64,000 nt of DNA from Torpedo marmorata. Its lineage: Eukaryota. The DNA lies in NCBI GenBank assembly GCA_977017645.1, contig OZ360231.1:54932001-54996000 (forward strand). Reading direction: 5' to 3'. The first letter of the stretch is position 1, and every line of letters begins with the position of its first letter. Under the pieces are notes generated by a model, which saw only the letters and a program-made list of their open reading frames with translations, made no database searches and was not told the origin of the DNA. A program made the position numbers and the translations under genes. This document shows, in pieces, positions 37,001-49,447 of the stretch.

Positions 37001-38329
37001 AATGGAATTCTAAATTATTATTGATTAAAAAGAAAAAGTCACCGATTATTAGACATTTATTAGAGATTTGGAATCAATTAGATAATGAAATAGGGCGAAA
37101 AGGATCAATCTCTTTAAATATGCCATTATATCAGAATTTATTATTACCATTTTCTATGGATAATCAATTTTTAAAATTATGGTATCAAAAAGGAATTAAG
37201 AAGATTAAAGATTGTTTTGAGGCAGGAAGATTTGTTACTTTTTCCAGATTGAAAGAAAAATTTGGAATAATGGATAATACAATTTTGGCTTATTATCAAG
37301 TTAAAGGATTTTTAGTTGAGAAATTAGGGAATCAATTAATATCTCCTAGACAGGATGGGTTAGAGTTACTAATTACTAATGGAAATGTTAATAAATTTAT
37401 ATCGTAAATGTATAAATTATTTCAGAAAAAGATACCTAAAGTAGGATTGCATAAATCTAGATTAAATTGGGAATCAGATCTAAATACTAATATAGATGAA
37501 CAACACTGGAAAGAATTGTGTAAATTGAGTATGACTAAGATTATTAATGTTAGATATAGATTAGTACAGTATAACTTTTTTCATCAATTATATATAACAC
37601 CCAAAAAATTAAAGAAATTCAATCCGGCATTGTCAGATATGTGTTTTAGATGTAAAGATGAAATAGGTTCTTTTGTACATTGTACATGGTCATGTTTGAA
37701 AATTAAAAATTTTTGGTCTAAAGTCAAAGATTTTTTAGATAGAATTTTTAATATTATGATTCCAATGGATCCTATGATATTTTTATTTGGAGATATAAAA
37801 AAAATGAGTATTGGAAATAGATTAAATATGTACCAAATAGAATTTTTACGAATTGTGTTAGCTATTTCAAAAAAATGTATTGCTATTACTTGGAAATCAG
37901 ATTTAGATTTGAATTTAGATAGATTACATGCAGAGTTACGTTCTTGTATACCACTCGAAAAAATTACGTATAATTTACGAGACAAATATCATTTCTTTTT
38001 GAAAATTTGGAGCCCATATATGAGAATTATGGGTATGAATTAATTCTCTAAAAGTTAGTACCGCTGACAAAAGTATCCTCCATATACAAATAGAGTTAGT
38101 CTGAAATAGTTTTCTCCTCATACTAACTCTCTTAACTTTATTTCTCATTCTATTTCTTTCCTTTTAACTAACATTTCTATATATTCTTTTTTTTTTCTCT
38201 TTATTAGAATAGTGTGGGAGGGAGGGAATGGGGGATGGTAAAAATATCACATGTATTTTGAATAATATATTATTTTTGACTAAGTATTTTGTGATTTTAA
38301 AAATTAAATAAAAATGAAAAAAAAAAAAA
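34051..38329 (+). mobile_element. L1/Tx1-like LINE with full-length ORF2, truncated upstream of ORF2
   Basis: 14-bp TSD AAGACACCTAAAGG at 34037-34050 and 38330-38343; poly-A tail; no ORF1. Confidence 0.95.
34258..38043 (+). pseudogene. L1-like ORF2 (APE endonuclease, RT, cysteine-rich region) with one in-frame stop
   Basis: NVNGL, LQETH, GGDFN, SRID, SDH; DAEKAFD, RQGCPLSP, FADD. TAA at 37405-37407 where the copy near 978 has CAA. Confidence 0.9.
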
Positions 38330-38478
38330 AAGACACCTAAAGGCACAGATTTGTCACTATCCCGACAGGAGTTAACAGCAAGGCAAAAGGACGATCCTGA
38401 TCTTGCTGAGGTGAGGGATAAGGTTCTCTCTGAAGAGGAGATTAAAAAGGTGCCAGTGGGTTATTATGAAAAAGATGG

Positions 38479-40392
38479 GTGTTGATGAGAAAGTGGAGAC
38501 CATGTGATGTTCCTGCCAATGAAGAATGGGCAGTAGTGCAGCAGGTTGTGATCCCTAAAGTATATAGGGATGCAATAATAACTTTGGCTCATAGTACACC
38601 CTTGGGTGATCACCTTGCGGTGAAGAAAACTATAAGGAAGATAATGAAACAATTTTATTGGCCCAGTTTGAGAAGGGAGGTGATAAGCTTTTGCCGGGCC
38701 TGTCACACTTGTCAGGTAGTGGGTAAACCTAATCAGGGTCCCCCGGTGGCACCCTTGCAACCTATCCCTGCTTTCAGTGAGCCTTTCTCGAGAGTAATTG
38801 TGGACTGTATTGGCCCATTGCCCAAAACCAAAGCGGGGAATGAGTATTTGTTAACAATTATGTGTGCAGCCACCAGATTTCCAGAGGCCATTCCTCTGAG
38901 AAACATTAAAGCAAAGACAATTGTAAAGGCAATGGTAAAGTTTTTCACCTTGGTAGGTTTGCCAAGGGAAATTCAATTAGATCAGGGCAGTAATTTCATG
39001 TCAGGCGTTTTCCAACAAGTGGTTGATGGACTGGGAGTTAATCAGATTGTATCCTCTGCGTACCATCCAGAAAGTCAAGGGGCCTTGGAGAGGTTCCATT
39101 CGACTTTGAAAAACATGATTAGAACCTATTGTTGTGAAAAGGAAAAGGATTGGGATGAGGGGGTTCATTTCTTGTTATTTGCAGCGAGGGAGTCTGTCCA
39201 AGAATCACTTGGTTTTAGTCCATTCGAGTTAGTTTTCGGACATGAGGTGAGAGGTCCTTTAAGATTATTAAAAGAACAGTTGATTAATAGTGATGTGCAT
39301 TTAAATCTGTTAGATTATGTTTCAAAATTTAAGTATCGGTTGAATAGGGCTTGTGAGATGGCAAAGGAGAATTTAAAGGCCACTCAACAGAGAATGAAGG
39401 TTTGGTATGATCGAAAGGCTAAGATGAGAACTTTTAAACCTGGTGAGAATGTATTAGTTCTGTTTCCCATCCATTCAAATCATCTTAGGGCTAGATTTTC
39501 AGGACCCTATAGAGTTAAGTCAAAAATTAATGATGTCACTTATGTCATAGAAACACCTAATCGCAGACGAGACACACAGGTCTGTCATGTAAATATGATT
39601 AAGCCATATTTTGAACAGGTGCCGCAAAAAGGGACTGAACATTTACCAGAGGTACTGGTTATTGACAGGGGTAAGGAGGAGACAGATAAAACCAGATTCA
39701 GAGAGGGTCATGGGACTGTTCATTCTCGGGGTTATGTAGTAGGACAGGGGAAGTTGGCGCCAGTAGAGGCAAAGGTTGTGACTATTTCCGAGTTCCCTGT
39801 TCCAACTGGTAAGAAAACTCTGAGGAGGTTCCTGGGAATGATTGGCTACTACCGCAAGTTCTGTAAAAACTTTGCTGATCTTGCGCTCCCTCTCACAAAT
39901 TTGCTTAGAAAGAAAGAAAAATTTGTATGGTCGACAGGTTGTCAGGAAGCATTTGTCAAATTGAAAGCCATGTTATGCCACCAACCTGTGCTTAAGTCAC
40001 CTAATTTAGAACAGCCGTTTTCTTTAGCCGTGGATGCCAGCGATGAAGCTGTGGGCGCGGTACTGTTACAGAAGAAGAACGAAGAGGACATTGACCATCC
40101 GGTATCCTACTTCTCGAAGAAGTTCAATGATCATCAAAGGAATTATTCAACCATAGAAAAAGAATTGTTGGCTCTTGTGTTGGCTCTACAACACTTTGAT
40201 GTGTATATCTCTACAGCTCAAAAACCACTCATAGTGTATACTGACCATAATCCATTGGTTTTTCTTTGTGAAATGAAAAATAAGAATCGACAGTTGTTGA
40301 ATTGGAGTCTAATTTTGCAAGAATATGATTTGGTAATCACACATATAAAAGGTAAAGATAATGTAATTGCTGATTGTCTTTCGAGATGTTAA
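38479..40392 (+). pseudogene. integrase fused to an RT C-terminal remnant and RNase H of the Gmr1-like element
   Basis: H..H..CHTC, IVDCIGPLP, LDQGSNF, GALERFH, then GYVVGQG...RRFLGMIGYYRKF...AVDAS...ADCLSR. The RT core (YxDD) is absent. Confidence 0.88.
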
Positions 40393-42260
40393 ACTTTATC
40401 AATGAAAGTAGTTCATATTTTGTATATGTGGATGAACATTGTAGATTTTGTTTATATTGTGACACCTCAATTACTTTCCAAAATTTTGTTCTTGCAGACC
40501 AAAATTTTCTTTGTGGGTGGGAGGTGTTATGGACCATGACTGACCATTTGGACTGCGGACGGTCAGCAGGAAGGATGAAGTCTTTTGGAGTATACACTGG
40601 GACCAGGTACTAAAAGAGTTAACTTGCCCAGGACTTGGTGTACCCAGAGAGAGAGAGAGAGAGCAGAGAGAGACAGGCTGTGGAAAAGATACTTTGTTGC
40701 ACTTTTGCAAAAGCAGGTGCAGAACTCTGCAAAAAGCAGACAGTTGGGAGTTGCAAAGGCTAGAGAACACAGCCAAATCCAGGCTTGTGTATCCCAGAGA
40801 AAAGGCTGGAAGAATAGCACATGGCCTCCTGTCTCAGAGAAATTCTGAGTTAAAAGCAACTTCTGTGGAGAACAGGCGTGAGATCAGCGAGACCAGCTGT
40901 GAGATCCAAGCACACGCCTTTATCAGTGGTATACTGATCTGAATTCGCAATCCTTATGAAAACACAAGAAGGGAACGTCATCAGAGAAGAAAAACAAGTA
41001 TTTGTAAGCATAAACAGTCATTGTCTCTCTCCAACGTTCATTCAGAAGTACTTCTACCAGCACACCGAGCTGAATTTGAAACCTGAACTTAGAGAGTGGA
41101 ATTTTGTGGACTGTATTATTCTTTTTTTGACTGACTTGTTTTTATGACTGACCTGGGGTTTTTTGGGGAAAGTTTTTCCATTTTTACATAAGGGTTGGGC
41201 ACAGACTGTAATGGTCTGGGCTTTACACACACACACACACCTTTTAGATAAGAATAGTGTTTGTAGACGTTTATAGTGGGGTTAATTGTTGTGAAATTAT
41301 ATGTTTAATTGTGTTTAATAAATATAAATTTCAATTTTACCCCTTTTGCATTGCGTCTTCTGTCGTTGCTGGTTTGATTTTGTAACACTAACACATTTCC
41401 CCCACTGAATCCCCACCCCCAACTGATTCCATCTTCCCTCATGGTTCCCAGTATCATGGCAAAGCACTGGTAGCCTTTGTGTTACTGCTCATCACTCTCC
41501 AGCAGCCATTCCACCTTCACTCTCCTCCCACCCCCAAAATCTGGCTCCATCTATCCTTTTTCCCCCCACCCATCACCCACTTGTTTCTGTCTCTCAACTC
41601 TACCCCTTCCCCACTTGGTTCATCTATCCATCATCCTTCTCCCCTCCCATCATCTACTGACCCATCACACCTCTGCCCCTCTCCCCTTGGGCAGTGTACC
41701 TTCCCTCTGCACTCTTAGACCCAATACAGGGTCTCGACCCAAAACGTTGATGATTCCTTTCCCTCCCCCCTGCCCCTCACATATGCTGCTCACTCCACTG
41801 AGTTCCTCCAGAAATTTGTTTTTTATTTGCTAAAAATTGTAAACAATTCTGCAGTCTCACCAAGGAACCAATTTCCAAGTGTGATTTCACCAAGACCCTA
41901 TTATAATTGTATTATCTTTACTCGTACTCAAATCCTCTTGCAATTTCCCACATTTTTTTTCTCAAATGACACACATGCAGCTGACATTTCTAATTACTTG
42001 GTTATATCAATGATGGACAGCAGACAGAATAGGTATTAATGTGAATAATGTTCACTCCCATTCTATGGCAAGACTGTAACATATTCCTTGTTCTAATTTG
42101 AGGTTTCCTTCCTTTGTTTCCTATCCTTGCCAACATGAGGAATATGGATCATTATCAGGAAAAACAGTACCTTGCGTGGGTCTGGCAGATGGAGTGCAAT
42201 GTTGGTAAACGTGAGGTTATCCATTTTGGAAGGAAAAATAGAAGGTCAGCTTATTATTTA

Positions 42261-42559
42261 AAAAACACAAATGCTGGAGAAACTCAGCAGGTTAAACAGT
42301 GTCTTTTATGTAGCAAAGGTAGAAATACATAACCGACGTTCCGGGCTTGAGCCCTTCATCAAAGTATGAGAAAATGCCGGCAGGCGTCCGAACAAACGCC
42401 TGCCGGCATTTTCTCATACTTTGATGAAGGACTCAAGCCCGGAACGTTGGTTATGTATTTCTACCTTTGCTACATAAAAGACACTGTTTAACCTGCTGAG
42501 TTTCTCCAGCATTTGTGTTTTTTACTTCAACCACGGTGTCTACAGATTTTCATGATTTA
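42261..42559. mobile_element. Penelope-derived fold-back element (inverted pLTR pair)
   Basis: ~125-bp arms (~42261-42387 and ~42396-42522) with a ~8-nt loop. Flanking direct repeat CAGCTTATTATTTAAA at ~42247 and ~42560. Confidence 0.85.
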
Positions 42560-42948
42560 CAGCTTATTATTTAAATGGAAAGTGATTGCAGCATGCTGCT
42601 GTGCAGAAGGACTTGGAAGTGCTTATGCTTGAATCAAAAAAGGTTGGTTTGCAGGTGCAGCAGGCTATCAAGATGGCAAATGGAATGTTGGCCTTCATTG
42701 CTAGAAGGATTGAATTTAGGAGCAGGGAGGTTATGCTGCAACTGTACAAGGTATGGTGAGGCCTCATCTGGAGTACTGCGTGCATTTCTGGTCTCCTTAC
42801 TTGAGGAAGGATGTACTGGCTTTGGACGCAGTGCAGAGGAGGTTCACCAGGTTGATTCCAGAGATGAAGGGGATAGCCTATGATGAGAGATTGAGTCGTC
42901 TGGGGCTGTACTCACTGGAATTTAGAAGAATGAGAGGGGATGTTATAG

Positions 42949-43188
42949 GGCGGCACGGTTGGCGCAGCGGATAGCGCAACGCCTTTACAGCGCCAGCAAT
43001 CGGGACCAGGGTTCAAATCCCACACTGTCTGTAAGGAGTTTGTACGTTCTCCCCGTGTCTGTGTGGGTTTTCCCTGGGGGCTCCGGTTTCCTCCCATTGT
43101 TCGACACGTACTGGGGGTGTAGGTTAATTGGGTGTGGACTCGTGTGCCGAAATGGCCTATTACCGTGCTGTATGTCTAAATTTAAAAT
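42949..43188 (+). mobile_element. tRNA-derived V-SINE
   Basis: GGCGGCACGGTTGGCGCAGCGG, GGTTCAAATCCC and V-domain. Confidence 0.85.
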
Positions 43189-45022
43189 AAAAAGAAACAT
43201 ATAAAATAATGAAAGGCGTAGATAATATAGGGGTAGGCAGGTTGTTTCCATTGGTGGGGGAGACTAGAACTAGGGGACTTAAATTAGCCTCAAGATTCAG
43301 GGTAGTAGATTTAGGACGGAGATGAGGAGGAACTGCTTTTCCCAGAGGTTGGTGAATCTGTGGAATTAGCTGGCCATTGAAGCAGTGGAGGCGACCTCAG
43401 TAAGTATATTTAAGACATGGTTGGATAGATTTTTACATAGTAGGGGAATTAAGGGATATGGGGAAAAGGCAGGTAGGTGGAGAAGAGCCTATCATCAGAT
43501 CAGCCAAGATCTCATTGAATGGCAGAGCAGGCTCGACGGGCCAGATAGCCTACTCCTGCTCCTATTTCTAAGCCACAGGCAAGGTGCCAGAAGACTGGAG
43601 GATAGCTGATGTTGTTCCTTGATTTAAGAAGGGCAGCAGGGATAGGCCAAGTGAGCCTTCCGTAAGTGATTGGGAAAGTACTGGAGAAAATTCTAAAGGA
43701 CAGGATTTATGATTATTTGGAAAGGCCCAGCTGATTATGCATAGTCAGGATTATTAGTGCCTTTCAAAAGGCATTTGACTAGATCCTGCGTGATCCCGCA
43801 TGATAACTTGGTCCAAAAGGTTAAGACACATGAGATCCAGGACAAGCTGGCTAATTGGATCCAAAGTTAGCTCAGTGATGGAAGACAGAGGGTAGTAGTG
43901 GAAGATTGCTTTACTGATTGGAAGTTTACGACTCGTGTTGTACCGCAGGGATTGACACTCTTTGTGATACGCAGTGATAACTTGGATGTGAATGCTGGAG
44001 GTATGATTAGTACATTTGCAGGTAACTTGAAAATCAGTGGTGTTGGGGATGGTGAGGATGGTTGTCAAAGGATGCAGCAGGATATAAAGTTAAAAAAAAC
44101 TTTTGGAAGAACAGTTAGGTAGAACCTGTAGAGGGAAATGACAGTTGACATATTGACATATTGACATATTGAGAGCAGATGTGAATGTGTACAGCTAATA
44201 AGGAACATTCTGATAAACTTTTTTTATAAGAAACCTCCTAAATTAAAGTCTACAATGCAAAGTGACCCCTCTCCACACTTCAATTCTTAAACCTGATTTG
44301 CTCCATCACCTACCACCTGTGGGAATCTAGATGACACATAATAAGCCCACACATCCTCCTTTGCAGGATCATAATAAGAATGACAAAATTCCTGATTGAT
44401 TTATTGAAATGACTCGCCACATCTGATTTCTATGGTCTGCAGCTCACACTGTGACATGTCGACATGAAAATGATTTGCTTAAGAGGAGATTCTTGCAGGC
44501 TGGAGGAGAGAGCTGGGGCCACCTCCTCCAAGCCTTGCTATTTTCATTACTTAAGTCACAGGTAGATATTTGCTCTCTTTTCCTTGTTTTGGTCTTTATT
44601 TACATCCTCCCACCCTGTCTCAATTCCATTTCCTTCTCAGCATACCATTGCAAAAAAATTCTGCACATAGATCAGTATGTTTAACAACCTGCCTTTGACC
44701 CTTCGTTTCTGCTTTCGCAATCTGCTCAACGATGAACTCACCTCATCCTTTCATTAAAACCGTGAGTTCCTCTTGTTCTGCCCACATCCCTCCTTTGTTT
44801 GCTTTGTGTCTTTTAAGATACTCCCGAAATCCCATAACTTTATTGGAGTTTTCGATCATCTGTGTCAATATCTAATTTTTTATCTCAGTATGAAACTGTT
44901 TGATATCACTCCAGCAATGCACTTTGGAGTGTTTTATCCAGCTACAATTTTACGTCATTGTTATAAGATTGTGGAAAGTACAATTGCCATCTGTTTGCAT
45001 TGTTCAGTTTCTGTTTACATAC

Positions 45023-45159
45023 CTCACATGCATCAACTTCTCCAGTTAGATAACCTGCACACAGCATTCGCGGTGTTAGTATATTTTCCATAAAGTTATT
45101 GCATGTTGTTTGGTTAATGATTCTTACTTCACCTTTTTGAAGAATTATGGAGAGAGGAC
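45023..45159 (-). CDS. matriptase-subfamily serine protease, penultimate exon
   Basis: tttttcag/GTATGT boundaries, 137 nt, phase 1 to 0. Translates (G)PLSIILQKGEVRIINQTTCNNFMENILTPRMLCAGYLTGEVDACE, with an S1-pocket Asp (trypsin-like). Confidence 0.95.
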
Positions 45160-46539
45160 CTGAAAAACAAAACAAAAAATGCTTTTGCTTTGAAGCAGTT
45201 TTTAACCATTATATTCAGATATAGAAATATGCCAGTAATGATCTACAGTGTGCATTGATATTTCAGATCGCAAGTTTACTCACTGTTTCTTTACACTTAA
45301 TACAGGTTTAGAGATATTTAGTGTTCATTACCTCTATTTACATTAATCTCTTATTCCTTAAAACTTTATTGCAACAAATATCCAAACCCTCAATAAAAAA
45401 ATAATCTGTTCTTTTGTATTCTTTACATTCATATTTTACATTTAGTAATTTTGTTGAAGTACTATGGTTGTATATTCCCTGTAAGACACTATCGCTGGAC
45501 GACATACAAGAGTCGTTCACCTAAAACGTTTGTCTTGCCTTTTCTATATATTTAATTAAAATTTTGAATAGAGTATGCAAAAGTTGCCTATTAGAGTTAT
45601 TACTACTTGACTTGCATTTCAGTTAATATTAGAAATTTAAACTGTTGTCATCTGTCAAGAGTTGATGCAAGGGATCAGTGGAATGTTGTCATTCCTAACC
45701 ATCTTATGGGAAAGAAACAGAATCAGAATTTATTGTCATGAACATGTCACAAAATTTGTTGTTTTACGGCAGCATAGTGCTAATATTGCTATAAATTACA
45801 TTTTAAAATAAATAAATAATGCAATAGGAGAAAGTGAGGTAGTGTCTGTGGTTCATTGTCCATTCAGAAATCTGATGGCAGAGGGGAAGAAGCTGTCCTT
45901 GGGTGGTGAGGGTCCTTGAGGATAGAGGCTACTTTCTTAAGACACCGCCTCTTGTAGATGTCCTCGATGGAGTGAAAACTGATGCCTGAGATGTCGCTGG
46001 CCGAGTTAACAACTCTCTGGAGTTTTTTCCTGTCCTGTGAATTGGCACCTCCATACCAGACAGTGATGCAACCAGACAGAATCCACGGTACACCTGTAGA
46101 AATTTTCGAGAGTCTTTGTTGACATACCAAATGACCTCAAACTCCTCATGAAGTATAACCACTGGCGAGCCTTCTTCGTGATTGCATCAACATGGAGGCC
46201 ACAGGACAGATTCTCAGAGGGATACAATTACGTTGTAGCAACCCATGTGTCAAACGCACTCGTCATATTGACATGATTTCAATGGTGACCCAAATATGGT
46301 CTTCACATTGGTAAGTTGGAACATTCTAACTTTACTATGAATTTATTCCATTTATTTTTACTCATTATGGCACCTTACATTGTGCAACAGTAGGCAATGA
46401 TCACAGATAAGGATTCTTCAGAGGAGCGTGTGTCCCAAGCCTTTGAAAGGGGATCAATGTGCTTGGTTCAGTTTTAACCAGGCATAGGTTAATTGCTGCA
46501 ATCCACTCTAGTGCAGTGCAACAATGTTCCATTCAGTTG

Positions 46540-47310
46540 GACATTGCCACATTACCTATACTTAGTGGAAAAGTTCCTTCAGTAAGAGAACTTTGTCCAC
46601 GTCCAGCAGGCAGTGGTCAGCACGGAACATCCTGCAGACCTTGTGTGATAAAGACTCAGTCAATCGTGTGGGATGGTTTCTTGAGCAGACTGCCAAAACT
46701 TGCCAACAAGCACAAAGATCTCGCTTGGCTGGCAATGAGAGGGGCTCGCCCTATCAGATCGTTCCTGCACAGTTAATGTCTTACCCACAACACATGCTGC
46801 ACTCCAGATGCATGCGATTAGACCAAGATAATCATCCAGCTGTTTGTGGATTGTGGATTTGCAAAGAAGATCTGGAAAAGAATGCAAGGTTCCTTGCCAA
46901 GGTTCATCCCAAGCGGTTGTGAAACAGACAACTCACTGATCTATGGACCATTCCAAGGAAGACTGAGACAAATATCAAGTGCTGCTGCAAGATTGTCAAC
47001 TCAGGTCTGCCTAAAACTTGATGGTGGTGTCAATGACTGCAGTCCAAGGTCCTGATGCCAATCGACCCTGAGGGGCTAGATCCTGTTGAAATGCTCCTGA
47101 AAGCTCAAGTATGTATTGTTCAGAGGCCACATGAGAAGCAATGGGGCCTTGTACATAAAACATACCAACACTACAAATGTAGAAACCTCTTAACACTTAG
47201 AATATACAGACTGGATGACACTATCAATGTAAAGGAAGCCTTGCGTTTGTTTTTGTATTTCTTATATATATTTTTCATGAATAAAGTCTATTTTTGAAAT
47301 GTAAAAAAAA
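46540..47310 (+). mobile_element. degraded Tx1-like LINE 3' fragment
   Basis: NKHKDLAWLAMRGARPIRSFLH and DCGFAKKIWKRMQ remnants; AATAAA plus A-tail. Confidence 0.65.
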
Positions 47311-49447
47311 TCCTGCAGTTGGCCATGGCAACGGCAGAGGATGACAACAGCAGAAACCAGGATCTTTGCTAGGACATCCCAGTAAACTTCGATATTAGCA
47401 TTTAGGTAGAAGACTTGCCCACTGAGAAGCAGCAAAGAATATGGGAAGCCTTTCAAGCCCAAAAAATGCAGAGACTGGTAAAGCCTAGCTCAGGCATAAG
47501 TCAAATGACATTACACGTTATTGCTACAACATGATTTACGGCAGATAGAGTGGTCAGTACCAATGGAACATCACATATTGTAATCAAAGGAGTTTGTGTG
47601 CACATTCATTACATCTGTGTACTTTGCCACCTTGAACAGAATGACATGCCTTACGTGGCCGTTCAAGTTCACGTTTATAGTCACATGTACCAAAATGCAA
47701 TGATAGAGGTTGTTTTGCGAGCAGACCAGCTGACATCTCATATATAGTTCAACAAGACACAATACAAAAGTGCAGAGCAACTGAGAGAGATCAATTGTTA
47801 CAGATCAAAGACAACATACAGTAGTTTTACTATTTTGGGATTCCTTCAGGAGTCTGATAATGGCAGGAAAGAAACCATCCTTGAATCTGGTGGTACATGA
47901 TCTCATTCTTGTGAATCTTCTTCCTGATGGAAGAGAGTTCAAAGAGCATGGCTAGGGTGGTAGGAAAATTTTAATATGTTGGCTGCTTTTTCAAGACAGT
48001 GGGAGTTGCAGATGGAGTCGATGGAGGGGAGGAGGGTGGTGGTATGTGTGATGACCTGAGCCACGGTCACAACCCTCTGTAGTTCCTGCACCACATTGTA
48101 ATGCACCTTGACAGGATGTTTTCAATATCATTCTGCATGTGACAGAAATGAAAGTAAAAATGGCATGGAAGGAAGGAGTCCATTCAAAACACTACCCATC
48201 CACTATTAAACAATATTTCTTTATTTTTATACATGTATAAACGTACTGCATATGTATCGTTTGTCTGTATGCGTGTTTGCATGTTTTTGCTCCAAGGACC
48301 AGAGAACGCTGTTTCATTGGGTTGTATTTGTACAATTGGACGACAATAAACTTGAACTATCCACACTTGTTGCCCTGTACAGGCTGCCCTTGTACAAATA
48401 CAGGTACAGCAATCTTTCTTGGGCTCTCACTGGCTTTGAAACTGGCATCACTTTACCAGGAATAAAATACAGTATGTCTCAATCTTTTTGATTCTTGATT
48501 CCGCTGCATATCACACCAGATAGATTGCCATTCACTTTGCTTTCTTGGATTGGGTGTGACAGCACCCACTCAGTTTGGTTTAACACAAGAGTTGATGCTT
48601 ACAGAACTTTAAATCAGTAATTTTGGAGTTAGGGTGGAATGGTGAAAGAGTGACCATTGCATGTGCCTTGCCATTGGTCAACTGGTACAATCTAAGTGAA
48701 CCTTAATCTTCTGCCTCCACTTCTTACTCACATTCACCTAAAAAGAATCCAAGCTCCACGTCTTGTTCTCCCTGCCAGTCCAAACCTCACTTCCATAAAA
48801 TATTTTTATTTATTCAAGGAATATGAGCTTCACAGTCTGAGCCACTATTTAATTGCCCATTCCCAATTGCCCTTGAGTAGGTGGTGGTGATCCGTCCTCT
48901 TGAACCGCTGCAGTCCTTGACATATGGGCATACCCACAATGCCACTAAGGAGCTAGTTTCAGGAATTTGACCCAGCCACGTGAAGGAATGGCAGTCTATT
49001 TCCAAGTCAAGATGGTGTGTGGCTTGGAGGTCAAATTCCAGATGGTGATATACCCATGCTTTTGTTGCCTTTGTCCTTCTTGCTGTAATCATGGTTTGGA
49101 AGGTGCTGTCTTATAAGCTTGGGTGAGTTGCTGTTGTGCATCCTGAAGAGGGTACAAGCTGCTGCTTCTGTGCATTGGTGGTAGAATGTGTAAATGGTTG
49201 TGTATGCACTGCCTATCATGTAGGCTTATGTCCTGTATGGTGTCGAGATTATTGAGTTTTGTTGAAGCCGTACTGATCCAGGCAAATGGAGAGTATTCAA
49301 TCACTCTCCTAACTTCAGCCTTGTCGATCGTGGAGAGGCTTTGGAGAGTTAGGAGGTGAGTTAGTCACCACAGGATTTCCAGACTCTGACCTGCTCTTAT
49401 AGCTACAGTGTGCACGTAGCCACTCCAGGTCAATGCAGCACACCATG

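Larger units (their letters stand above)
26475..41387 (+). mobile_element. Gmr1-like Gypsy LTR retrotransposon (defective), host of two nested insertions
   Basis: TGTTA...TAACA LTRs: the 5' LTR is split (26475-26923 plus 31693-32100), the 3' LTR is 40525-41387. 4-bp TSD CTAA. Degenerate tRNA-Pro PBS TGGGGGCTTGTC at ~32105. Purine-rich PPT before 40525. Order gag(SCAN-like, CCHC)-PR-INT-(RT remnant)-RH. Confidence 0.93.
42170..43570 (+). mobile_element. CR1 LINE 3' fragment interrupted by a Penelope hairpin and a V-SINE
   Basis: WQMECNVGKREVIHFG and VRPHLEYCVHFWSPYLRKD motifs; CR1 3' UTR ending near CCTACTCCTGCTCCTAT. Confidence 0.85.
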
